Below, in pieces: positions 1-8,164 of a stretch of DNA of 58,576 nucleotides; the stretch's first letter is position 1; every line of letters begins with the position of its first letter. Source of the stretch: an uncultured beta proteobacterium (GTDB lineage Bacteria > Pseudomonadota > Gammaproteobacteria > Burkholderiales > SG8-39); contig CADECO010000002.1 of the NCBI GenBank assembly GCA_902825905.1, forward strand, positions 1 through 58,576. Reading direction: 5' to 3'. The position numbers were made by a program, and so were the translations under genes. Below the pieces are notes generated by a model. That model saw only the letters and a list, made by a program, of their open reading frames with translations, was not told the origin of the DNA and ran no database searches.

Positions 1-407
1 CCGAACGTGGCATACACCGGCACCTGCGATCGCGCACCGCCGAGCAGCCGCCACACCGGCATGCCCAGATGCTTGCCTTTGATGTCCCACAGCGCGACAT
101 CGATCGCAGCGATCGCGTGCAGGGCATAACCGGTCTGGCCGCGCGGGGCGAGCAGCCAGTAGAGCTGGTCCCAGACGCGTTCGTGGTCGAGCGGATCGGC
201 GCCGAGCAGTGCGGGTGAGGCAATCTCGTTGATCGCGGCAGCAACGACTTCCTCCTCGGTGATCGCGGTGAAACCGTGGCCGCGCAGGCCCGTATCGGTT
301 TCGACTTCGACGATGCACACCGAAAGCGCCGTGCTGCGATCGAGCCCGAGCACATCGATCCGCACCGGAACGTTGAGAGGTGTCGCGACGACGCGGGTGA
401 CACGCAT
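1..407 (-). CDS. Enolase-superfamily enzyme (mandelate racemase / muconate lactonizing enzyme family), N-terminal part; the rest lies outside the window
   Basis: Own minus-strand translation from the ATG at 405-407: [53 protein letters not shown]...[40 protein letters not shown]. The ALWD-x-KGK...P-x-W-x-LLGG pattern is typical of the MR/MLE N-terminal domain. It is absent from the ORF track because it is open at the window edge. Confidence 0.7.
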   Translation of the reverse strand, partial: [135 protein letters not shown]

Positions 408-541
408 GACAGGGCAGGCCGATATGTTGATTCAACTCACGAGGGCCGCTTGACAATATCGCCCACGTTTCCCGCTGTCAAAGCGAGGGTCGACTCGAGT
501 CGATACGCTAAACTCGGCGCGCTACGCTGCGCGTGCGCCCC

Positions 542-615
<74 letters not shown>

Positions 616-673
616 CTTTAAAATCAATAAGATACATAAACATCCACATTTGATCGCAAGGCAAAAGGCGTTT

Positions 674-696
674 TGGTCCCCATACTGGTCCCCATA
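674..696. repeat. Tandem direct repeat TGGTCCCCATA-c-TGGTCCCCATA just inside the island border
   Basis: Two exact 11-mers (674-684 and 686-696) about 60 nt downstream of the tRNA 3' end, in a locally AT-richer stretch. This could be a recombinase or RDF arm-type site. No function is demonstrated. Confidence 0.4.
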
Positions 697-1004
697 TGGA
701 TTTCGCTCAGTTTCTCGAATGTTCGTGTGCGTGCACGGGGATCATTGGAGCGACGGAATAACACTCAAGTTTGCTTCCTCGATCTCACTCATCCAGTACC
801 AGCTGAATCCACGCCTTGTTAGATCGAGTGCGCGATCGACTTGATCCTCACGCACAAGGAGCCACGCGGATTTGCTCGGTTGTCGATGGCGATCAAGGAA
901 GAGGATTCGTCGAACGTAGGTCCCCGGTCGTTCGGCAACGCTCTAAATCATTGAGGGGCGAACGAATAGATGCACGAGTCGATCGCCGAACTGATGACGC
1001 CGGG

Positions 1005-1226
1005 CTAGAAAGCGGTCGAGAACATCAACGAGGACTGGACTGACGATAAAAGCGTGGCGGGATACTCGCGCATCCAGCGTTCGTGCTCCTCGTCGGCAAG
1101 CGTACGCCCACGCGCCTCCGCGACATCGTCCCAGGCGGAAGAAGCGTACGAAGCGCCGTTCAGCTTCGTATCCGGTCGGCGTGGTCGAGTGTCGCGGCGA
1201 TAACCGGTTGAATCCGGCGGCCCCAA
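1005..1226 (-). pseudogene. Possible C-terminal remnant of a P4-type tyrosine integrase (decayed)
   Basis: The track ORF ...TGYRRDTRPRRPDTKLNGASYASSAWDDVAEARGRTLADEEHERWMREYPA loosely parallels the integrase C-terminal pattern HGFR..FRDW....ALAH....VEAAYRRGDL.E.RR.LM..WA. The catalytic Tyr position reads R. Only about 775 bp separate the tRNA from alpA, too little for an intact integrase. The similarity is weak and judged by eye only. Confidence 0.3.
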
Positions 1227-1389
1227 ACAACGCGTCTCGCGTCCTCATCAAGGCGACGCGAATCGGCACGAGCCGCGCAAGACCACGGCGAACCTGAACA
1301 CTACCGGTTAGTCAGGAGGCGTGACGTTTACTTCGTAGAAGGTTGCTCATCCCAGCCAACACGCTCTAGATGGACCGTCTCGAATCGAC

Positions 1390-1704
1390 TCAACTCTGCG
1401 TGGTTCGCTTGCCGCCCATCCCGGCCTGCGGCGGAACAGTTTGCGCGATCCTTTTCATAGGGCCTGCGTGTCTGTCTGCCACACAGCGTCCTGACGTCGC
1501 AACGGCGATTGTTGGCTGGCGGCTTTTCTCGATCCGAAGCTTCAACCATTCCTCGATCTCGGACTCCAACCATCCGACCGCGCGCAATCCGATGGAAATC
1601 GGCTTCGGAAAATGCCCCTCGGCAATGCGCTGATAGATCGTGCTCCGCGAGAGGCCGGTGCGGGTCCTCACGTCGGGAAGTCGAAGGATGGTCGTGCTTG
1701 GCAT
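1390..1704 (-). CDS. alpA: AlpA-family (prophage CP4-57-type) transcriptional regulator / excisionase-like HTH protein
   Basis: MPSTTILRLPDVRTRTGLSRSTIYQRIAEGHFPKPISIGLRAVGWLESEIEEWL matches the AlpA/Phage_AlpA pattern (LRLPEV...TGLSRSTIY....G.FP.P..LG.R.VGW..SEI..WI). The C-terminal tail is longer than usual. Confidence 0.8.
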   Translation of the reverse strand: MPSTTILRLPDVRTRTGLSRSTIYQRIAEGHFPKPISIGLRAVGWLESEIEEWLKLRIEKSRQPTIAVATSGRCVADRHAGPMKRIAQTVPPQAGMGGKRTTQS

Positions 1705-2240
1705 CTAGGGAGCTCCGGAGGGTCGAGGCATGGCGCATCGTTTAATCGACCGGCACATGCCGATGCAACGCGTGGCGTCGTCGATACCGACGAAAATAAT
1801 CAGCATCGATCGCGCAACGCCGGCAAAGTGATGTCGTAATCGATGCCCATTTATTCCCTGATCGTGAAGTTCACGCATCCGTTTTCGCGGCGTTGCGGGA
1901 GGTCGAAGCAGTCCGCTTGAATCCGAACTCGTCCAGCTGCTTGACGGAGTGAATGGCGCGCGTCGAGAATTTCCCGGATCTTGTCCCTCGACCACTAGTC
2001 GAAGACTGTCGGCCTGGACACCGACGACCTGTACACCCGCAATAGCCCCGTCTGATCGCGCGTTCGCACTTCCTGTGCGCGGCGCCGGCGACCATCGCTC
2101 ACTGCTCGTCGCGCTCGCAACCGACGGCTGCATCGCTAATCAACGCACCGATTCGCATCGAATCAACGCACATCGCGTGCACACACAGCCAAGTCGCGGT
2201 CGTCGCGACCGCACCAACTCACAATCAATGGAGATCCTCG

Positions 2241-2666
2241 ATGGATACCAATGAAGTCCGCATTCGCGGCAACCTTGGCGCCGACCCGAAGGTGTTCAAC
2301 GAACCGAACCAGGAACCCTTCGCCGTCTTCGATATCGCCACCAACCTGCAATTCCGTTCTCGCAACGGCGAGCAAGTCGATCGCACCGAGTGGCATCACG
2401 TCGCTGCGTACGGCTGGCGCGCCGAGATCGCCAAGCACTTCACCAAAGGCATGAAGGTGCACATCGAGGGCAACCTGCGCACGCGCGAGTTCGATCAGCG
2501 CGATGGCAGGGCCAAGGCCACCGAGATCGTCGCGCTGGATCTGCACGAGGTGAAGCTCGCCCCGAAGGCCGCGCCGAGCGAGATTCGTGCAAACGTACCG
2601 ACGCGCGTCGATTCACCGAGCGCGCGGGCGCCCGCACCCGATCACCGCCAGCCCGCCTACATCTAG
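2241..2666 (+). CDS. ssb: Single-stranded DNA-binding protein
   Basis: NEVRIRGNLGADPKVF......FAVFDIATN....R..GEQVDRTEWHHVAAYGWRAEIAKHFTKGMKVHIEGNLRTREF is the canonical SSB OB-fold pattern (TEWH.V..F...AE....YL.KG..V.VEG.L..R.W). A Pro-rich tail follows. Confidence 0.9.
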   Translation: MDTNEVRIRGNLGADPKVFNEPNQEPFAVFDIATNLQFRSRNGEQVDRTEWHHVAAYGWRAEIAKHFTKGMKVHIEGNLRTREFDQRDGRAKATEIVALDLHEVKLAPKAAPSEIRANVPTRVDSPSARAPAPDHRQPAYI

Positions 2667-2736
2667 TTCGCTTCGCATCGCGCGGGGCTGCCCGCCCTGC
2701 GCACATAGCGTGGGCGGCCTCGCACCTGGAGGTTTC

Positions 2737-3588
2737 ATGCACACGCCAGACCCCGATCTCGGCCCGCGCTGTATCGAGGGCCAACCCGCATCGGCCTATC
2801 ACGCCGACCGCAGCGCCGTCTCAAGCTCGGCGCTCAAACAGATCCTGACTAGCCCGGCCCATTGTCGTCACTACCTGGACGAGGGTAGGGACGAGACGCC
2901 CGCCATGCTCACCGGCACGGTGCTGCATGCTGCGCTACTTGAGCCCGAGCGTTTTTCGTCCGAATTCGCGATCGTCCCTGCAGTGGATCGCCGCACCAAG
3001 GCCGGCAAGGAGCAGTGGACCGCGTTCTGCGCTGAGCATCAGGGCAAGACGCTGATTCGCCGCGAAGAGGCCGATCTCGTCGAACGCCTGCGTGCAGGGA
3101 TCGCCCGCCATCAGCGTGCAACGACCTTGCTCGATCTCCCCGGCAAAGCCGAGTTGTCGCTCTATTGGACCGATCCGCAAACCGGTGTTCGATTGAAAGC
3201 GCGCCCGGATCGGTTGTTATTCGCCCCGGCGCACATCCTGGTCGAGCTCAAGTCCACCCAGCGCGCCGATCGGTATCACTTCGAGAAGCGCATCGCCGAT
3301 CTCGACTACGACTTGTCCCTCGCGATGTATTGCGAGGGCGTTCAGCAAGTGTTCGGCGCAACGCCACGCCCGGTGCTTTTCGTCATAGAAGACAAGACCT
3401 TCGAGATCTGTCTCTACGAGCCTGATGCCGACCTGCTCGATACGGGCCACCGGCGCTTCCGTCACGCAGTGGAGCGCTACGCCCGTTGTCTCGAGGCCGA
3501 TCGCTGGCCCGGCTATCAACCTGACGGCGTGATCGAGCCCGTATCCCTACCGCGCTGGGCCAGCGCTCGCGCGGAGTTCGCCCTCTAG
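2737..3588 (+). CDS. PD-(D/E)XK exonuclease (RecE/exodeoxyribonuclease VIII-like, Cas4/RecB-like fold)
   Basis: I chose the internal ATG at 2737, which has an upstream GGAGG. The track ORF from 2587 overlaps the ssb 3' end in an Arg/Pro-rich shadow-like stretch. Motifs: GT.LH.ALLEP, KARPDRL, ILVELKST (D...ELK) and DYDLSLAMY. It sits next to recT. Confidence 0.75.
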   Translation: MHTPDPDLGPRCIEGQPASAYHADRSAVSSSALKQILTSPAHCRHYLDEGRDETPAMLTGTVLHAALLEPERFSSEFAIVPAVDRRTKAGKEQWTAFCAEHQGKTLIRREEADLVERLRAGIARHQRATTLLDLPGKAELSLYWTDPQTGVRLKARPDRLLFAPAHILVELKSTQRADRYHFEKRIADLDYDLSLAMYCEGVQQVFGATPRPVLFVIEDKTFEICLYEPDADLLDTGHRRFRHAVERYARCLEADRWPGYQPDGVIEPVSLPRWASARAEFAL

Positions 3589-3619
3589 CCCTTCAACCCA
3601 TTCAGATTCAGAGATCCCT

Positions 3620-4384
3620 ATGGACCCCAAAGACCTGCCGATTCAGGCAACCAGCTATTCGATTTTCATCAACATGGAAGCGTTCGCGAACGCGCAGCGC
3701 GTCGGCGCGCTCCTAGCCAAATCCACCCTTGTCCCCGATGCGTTTCGCGGCAAGCTCGAGAACTGCGTCATCGCCATCGAGTTGGCCGAGCGCGTGAAGA
3801 TGTCCCCGCTGATGGTCATGCAGCATCTAGCGGTGGTGAACGGCAAGCCCGGCTGGGACGCGCAGTTCGTCATCGCCAAGATCAACTCGTGCGGGCGATA
3901 TGAACCGCTGCGCTTCGTACTCGAAGGCGAGGGCGACGATCAGGGCTGTCATGCCTGGACCCGCGAAATCGGCTCATCGGAAAAGCTCACCGGCCCGCGC
4001 GTCACCTGGAAGATGGTGCGCGCCGAGGGCTGGGACACGAAGTCCGGCTCGAAGTGGAAGACCATGCCCGATGTCATGTTCAGCTACCGCGCGGCCAGCT
4101 TCTGGGGCAAGCGCTACTGCCCGGAGCTACTGCTCGGCATGCCATCGGCCGATGAGCTGGAGGACTTCACCAACGGCCCTCGCATCAAGGACATGGGAAA
4201 CGCCGAAGTCGTGCGCGATCCGGAAACGGACCTAAACGCGATGCTCGACCAAGCACGCGCCACGAACACCCCGAGCGATGCGAGATCTGCAGCAACTGAT
4301 ATCGCATCAGCACCCGGCGCGACGAAGCCAGCTGACGTGGTTCCCAACTCCCCGGGCGAGTTCGAGGGTCATCTGTTTGCATGA
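3620..4384 (+). CDS. recT: RecT-family single-strand annealing recombinase
   Basis: The core F.NAQRVGALLAKSTLVP..FRGK..NCVIAIELAERVKMSPLMVMQHL.VV.GKPGW.AQF.IA..N is RecT-like. It is paired with the exonuclease upstream. Confidence 0.85.
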   Translation: MDPKDLPIQATSYSIFINMEAFANAQRVGALLAKSTLVPDAFRGKLENCVIAIELAERVKMSPLMVMQHLAVVNGKPGWDAQFVIAKINSCGRYEPLRFVLEGEGDDQGCHAWTREIGSSEKLTGPRVTWKMVRAEGWDTKSGSKWKTMPDVMFSYRAASFWGKRYCPELLLGMPSADELEDFTNGPRIKDMGNAEVVRDPETDLNAMLDQARATNTPSDARSAATDIASAPGATKPADVVPNSPGEFEGHLFA

Positions 4385-4478
4385 GTGCGCGGTCTTGATG
4401 ATCGGCTAAGTGCCGAAGTGACCTGACGCCTTTCCCCCGCGCGACGGCACGCAACACGCCCGTTCGCGTTCCACACAA

Positions 4479-4528
4479 CCCCAAGCGGGGACCGGTTTCC
4501 CGCTTGGGGCCGGTCTTCGCTTTTCGTT
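4479..4528 (+). terminator. Rho-independent terminator after recT
   Basis: GC-rich hairpin CCCCAAGCGGGGA...TCCCGCTTGGGG (4479-4509) followed by the T-rich run CTTCGCTTTTCGTTTT. Confidence 0.6.
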
Positions 4529-4540
4529 TTGGAGCCCTTC

Positions 4541-5605
4541 ATGAAAAGCGGTCGTTCATTAGTTGACCTGGCCACGGAGCTCGAACGCCAACTCGCCAGC
4601 AAACTGGACCTTCTCGTTCCCACTCGCCATCTGGTCCATCGTACCGAGCCACAAGGTGATTGTCGTTTGGCGATTACCGAGCCCGGCGCGCACAACCATT
4701 ACGCAGTCACCGAGCTTGCACGGCGCCAGTTGGCTGACAAGCTCAAGATCCCGTTCCAGTACTTCGAGCGCATGCGCGCTGAGCAGCCAACGCTGCTCGA
4801 CAGCAACGTGAACACTTGGCTTGGCTCGGGCGAAGACGAGCGGCTGATGGTGCGCATGCTCGATGGTCGAGTGCGCGCAATCCTGTCCGACCGGTACCGC
4901 CGGCTCGACCACGTCGACCTGGCCGAGCACATCCTGCCGATCCTGCAGCGTTTGCCCGATGCACGCTTCGAATCGGTCGAGCTCACCGAGACGCGCATGT
5001 ATCTGAAGGTCGTCACGCCGCGCGTCGAAGCGGAGCTTGCGCCGGGCGATATCGCGCAGGCGGGTGTAGTGGTCACCAATTCCGAAGTCGGATGCGGCAC
5101 GCTCTCAGTGCAACCGCTGCTGTTTCGGCTGATCTGCAAGAACGGCCTGATCGCGCCCGATACCGCGCTTCGCAAAACGCACCTGGGGCGCGCGGTGTCC
5201 GTCGACGACTCGGGGGTGATCTACAAGGACGATACGGTCGAGGCCGAAGACAAAGCGCTGTTCCTCAAAGTGCGCGATGTGGTCGAGGCCGCAGTGTCGG
5301 AGGCGACATTCAAGCTGATAGCCGACAAGTTCAGGCGAACCAAGGCGATCAAGCTGATCGGCGATCCGGTGAAATCGATCGAGGTCCTCGCGCAGCGCTG
5401 GCCGTTGAGCAACGAGGAGCGGCGCGGCGTGCTGCGATCGCTGATCGAAACCGGCGACTTGACCGGGTTCGGTTTGGTGAACGCGGTGACGCACTACTCG
5501 CAGGATGTCGAGAACTACGATCGGGCGACTGAGCTCGAGGCGCTGGGTGGTCGGCTCGTTGAGCTGCCGGCCAAGGATTGGAAGGAGGTGGCGGAGGCGG
5601 TGTAG
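4541..5605 (+). CDS. DUF932 (phage/plasmid-like, ICE-associated) protein
   Basis: ...DRYRRLDHVDLAEHILPIL......F.SVELTETRMYLKVV.P...AEL.PGD....GVVVTNSEVGCGTLSV.PLLFRLICKNGLI matches my recollection of the DUF932/DUF945 family common on ICEs. I prefer the ATG at 4541 (GGAG 6 nt upstream) over the TTG at 4529, which lies inside the terminator T-run. Confidence 0.8.
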   Translation: MKSGRSLVDLATELERQLASKLDLLVPTRHLVHRTEPQGDCRLAITEPGAHNHYAVTELARRQLADKLKIPFQYFERMRAEQPTLLDSNVNTWLGSGEDERLMVRMLDGRVRAILSDRYRRLDHVDLAEHILPILQRLPDARFESVELTETRMYLKVVTPRVEAELAPGDIAQAGVVVTNSEVGCGTLSVQPLLFRLICKNGLIAPDTALRKTHLGRAVSVDDSGVIYKDDTVEAEDKALFLKVRDVVEAAVSEATFKLIADKFRRTKAIKLIGDPVKSIEVLAQRWPLSNEERRGVLRSLIETGDLTGFGLVNAVTHYSQDVENYDRATELEALGGRLVELPAKDWKEVAEAV

Positions 5606-5706
5606 GTGGCGAGTTGTTCTTGTTCGTTGGGGTGCGATGCCGGGGAATATCCTGGCATCGCGCACTTCTCGTGAGGCTTTTCTGGCCTCCTTTCATCTGT
5701 CGCCGA

Positions 5707-5735
5707 TTACAATGTACGGCAAGTTACCGTACAAT
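5707..5735 (+). promoter_or_regulatory. Putative sigma70 promoter with overlapping inverted repeat (candidate TacA operator)
   Basis: TTACAA (5707-5712), a 17-nt spacer, then TACAAT (5730-5735). The inverted repeat TGTACGG-N7-CCGTACA (5713-5733) spans the spacer and -10. GGAGG lies 8 nt before the ATG at 5758. This fits the usual autorepression layout of type II TA operons. Confidence 0.5.
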
Positions 5736-5757
5736 ATCGAGCTTGGAGGTATAGCCC

Positions 5758-6036
5758 ATGAAAGAGCCCCAGACCAGAACCGCGCGCCTCGAGGCGCGCC
5801 TAAGCCCAGATGTTCAAAGTGTGCTCAAGCGAGCAGCCGATTTGCAGGGCCGCTCGCTGAGCGATTTTGTCATCGCTGCAGCACATGACACGGCGATGCG
5901 AGTGATCGAACAGGCGGAAATTCTCCGATTGTCCCGATCCGACCAGGTTCGTTTTGCCAAGGCTTTGATCAATCCGCCAGCTCCTTCGGCGGCGCTCAAA
6001 CGAGCCCGCAAGCGTCACCAGAAACTGGTGGTCTAG
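5758..6036 (+). CDS. DUF1778/TacA-like RHH antitoxin
   Basis: ARLEARLSPDVQSVLKRAADLQGRSLSDFVIAAAHDTA..VIE matches the DUF1778 antitoxin pattern. It lies 3 nt upstream of a GNAT toxin gene. Confidence 0.85.
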   Translation: MKEPQTRTARLEARLSPDVQSVLKRAADLQGRSLSDFVIAAAHDTAMRVIEQAEILRLSRSDQVRFAKALINPPAPSAALKRARKRHQKLVV

Positions 6037-6039
6037 TAA

Positions 6040-6546
6040 GTGCGTGGGCCGTATCGCATCGACGCGCTGGCAGCCGGGCACGACCGCACGGGATTCAAAT
6101 GCGGGTCAGAGCCGCTCGACCGATACTTCAAAGAACTGGTCTCTCAAGATCTACGGCGAAACGTCGCAACATGCTTCGTCGCCGTTGACGTCGCATCCAG
6201 CTCGATCGCTGGCTACTACACGCTTTCTGCGGGCAGCGTTCCGCTCACGGGAATTCCGGTCGATCTTCGCAAGAAACTGCCACGCTACCCTTCAGTCCCC
6301 GTCGTTCGCATGGGGCGGTTAGCCGTCGACGAACGAGCGCGTGGCACTGGCCTTGGTGGTGCAATGATCATAGATGCCTTCGAGCGCATCCTCGCATCGG
6401 AGATCGGATGCTACGCGTTGCTGGTCGATGCGAAGGACGATAACGCGGTGGCCTTCTATCGGCACCTTGGCTTTCTTCACTTGGAAGGTGCGGACGACGT
6501 GTTGTTCCTGCCAATCGCGACGGGAAGAAAAGTTTTGCTCGGATAG
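6040..6546 (+). CDS. GNAT-family acetyltransferase toxin (TacT-like)
   Basis: F.CG.E.LD.YFK....QD.....A.CFV.....S.I.GYYTLSA.SV.........KLPRYP.VP...MGRLAVD.R..G.G.G..... matches GNAT toxins that partner DUF1778. It uses a GTG start 3 nt after the antitoxin stop. Confidence 0.85.
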   Translation: MRGPYRIDALAAGHDRTGFKCGSEPLDRYFKELVSQDLRRNVATCFVAVDVASSSIAGYYTLSAGSVPLTGIPVDLRKKLPRYPSVPVVRMGRLAVDERARGTGLGGAMIIDAFERILASEIGCYALLVDAKDDNAVAFYRHLGFLHLEGADDVLFLPIATGRKVLLG

Positions 6547-6874
6547 GGAAGGGCTCGCCAAGCTGCTGCTGACTAGCTTTCCGGAGAAGTGCCGAGGTAT
6601 TGCACACCGTCGACTCAAGCTTGATCTCCGAGCAGATAGAGATCTGACCTATCGGGCGATCGGCCGCCCCGGTGCATGCGCGACGGGGCGGCAAAACTCG
6701 ACTTTCAGCTGTGTGGCATGGGGCCAGACTCACCGTCCTGGCCAGGAGCGGTTACTCGCAAGATTGGGCCCGAGACCGTTGACGTTGCGGCTCGAAAGCT
6801 CGCGCGAGTACCGCTTGAAGATCGTTTTTTTGGCGAGAGTCCTTCGCGATCGAAGTAAAATGAAGAGGAGATGA

Positions 6875-8164
6875 ATGAGCCGCAAGATTACGGCTGAGCC
6901 AGGGCGCAAACTCACGGTGTCTCGCAAGAATCAAGCGGCTTCGCGACGCAGCCGGACTGTTATATCCCTATTTACCGGCGCGGGTGGGCTCGACTTGGGA
7001 CTAGAAGTCGCTGGCTTCAATATCGCTGCATGCGTTGAAATTGATGTGGCATCGCGCGAAACGCTGCGCACAAATCGGCCCGCATGGAAGCTCGTCGAGC
7101 CAGGCGACATTCACAGAGTCAGCCCCGAGCAGGTCCTTTCTCATGCTGGTGTTGAGCGCCGTGGGGCCTGCGTCGTGAGCGGCGGGCCGCCGTGCCAGCC
7201 GTTTTCAAAGTCGGCAAACTGGGCGACCAGGGGATCGAGCGGCATGCTCGATCCGCGCTCCGCGACGCTGCTCGCTTACCTCAAGTTCGTCGACGCCGCG
7301 CTGCCTCGCGTGTTCCTTCTCGAAAACGTGCGAGGACTAAGCGCAGGCACCTCGCAAAACAGCGCGCTGCAGCCGCTACGCGACGAGATTGATGCTATTA
7401 ACCGCCGCAACGGCACGAGCTACAAAGCGCAGGTGGTGCACCTAAACGCCGCTGACTACGGCGTGCCCCAGATCAGAGAGCGCGTGTTCATCATCGCAAG
7501 CATCGACGGCCGTGCCTTTGAGGCGCCCGCGGCCACGCACGGCGACGATTACGGGCTGGAGCCGTACCGCTCGGCTTGGGACGCCATCGGTGACCTCGAC
7601 AAGCCCGAGTGGCCATCCGAGCTCAACCCAACGGGAAAATGGGCCGAGCTTCTTAAGAGCATCCCCGAGGGCAAGAACTACCTCTGGCACACACCACGCG
7701 GTGGGGGCCGACCGCTCTTCGGATGGCGCACGCGTTACTGGTCATTCCTGCTGAAGCTTTCGAAGTGCCAGCCGTCGTGGACTATTCAAGCGATTCCCGG
7801 TCCCGCTACTGGCCCGTTCCATTGGCGAAGTAGGCTGCTCTCGGTCGAAGAGCTTGCCCGCCTCCAAACGTTTCCCAAAGATTTCCGCTTCATAGGGGAT
7901 CGACGCTCCGCGCATCGGCAGATCGGCAACGCCGTACCTTGCGCACTTGGTGAACTTCTCGGGCTGGAGATACGTCGGCAGCTTCTTGATGACATCGAAG
8001 CATCTGGCACACTCTCGCTCATACCAAATCGTCGCAATGGCATGGCGCGCGCGCACCATACGGGGAAGGTTCCTTCGAGCTATCGAGCGCTTGAGGGAGC
8101 GCATCGAGACCACCCCGGGCCCGGGCGGGGACCAGGCAGAGTATGGACCGCGAAAGCAAAGTGA
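6875..8164 (+). CDS. dcm: DNA (cytosine-5)-methyltransferase
   Basis: All hallmark C5-MTase motifs are present: I (SLFTGAGGLDLG), IV (GGPPCQPFS), VI (LLENVRGL), VIII (QIRERVFI) and X (RQIGNAVP). Confidence 0.95.
   Translation: MSRKITAEPGRKLTVSRKNQAASRRSRTVISLFTGAGGLDLGLEVAGFNIAACVEIDVASRETLRTNRPAWKLVEPGDIHRVSPEQVLSHAGVERRGACVVSGGPPCQPFSKSANWATRGSSGMLDPRSATLLAYLKFVDAALPRVFLLENVRGLSAGTSQNSALQPLRDEIDAINRRNGTSYKAQVVHLNAADYGVPQIRERVFIIASIDGRAFEAPAATHGDDYGLEPYRSAWDAIGDLDKPEWPSELNPTGKWAELLKSIPEGKNYLWHTPRGGGRPLFGWRTRYWSFLLKLSKCQPSWTIQAIPGPATGPFHWRSRLLSVEELARLQTFPKDFRFIGDRRSAHRQIGNAVPCALGELLGLEIRRQLLDDIEASGTLSLIPNRRNGMARAHHTGKVPSSYRALEGAHRDHPGPGRGPGRVWTAKAK

Noticed and set aside
730-800. Second AlpA-like reading frame (…RRGFSWYWMSEIEEANL) near the tRNA
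   Set aside because: Only a ~15-aa C-terminal resemblance (W..SEIEE) to the real AlpA at 1390-1704 is present, with no HTH part and no start codon. I mention it only as possible debris in the island-border finding.
1705-2240. ORFs between alpA and ssb (1705..2133 minus, 1871..2095 minus, 1949..2254 plus)
   Set aside because: Three mutually overlapping frames are present, and none has a recognisable motif or a convincing start. The region may hold a small regulator, but I cannot choose a frame from the sequence alone.
2587-2736. N-terminal extensions offered by the track for several genes (2587, 9437, 14930, 18600, 23983, 34365, 38053, 49225-50664, 50797-51774)
   Set aside because: The extensions overlap the preceding gene in another frame and are Arg/Pro/Ser-rich. 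Internal ATG/GTG codons with an SD-like sequence or stop-start overlap give products that begin at the expected domain or signal-peptide boundary.
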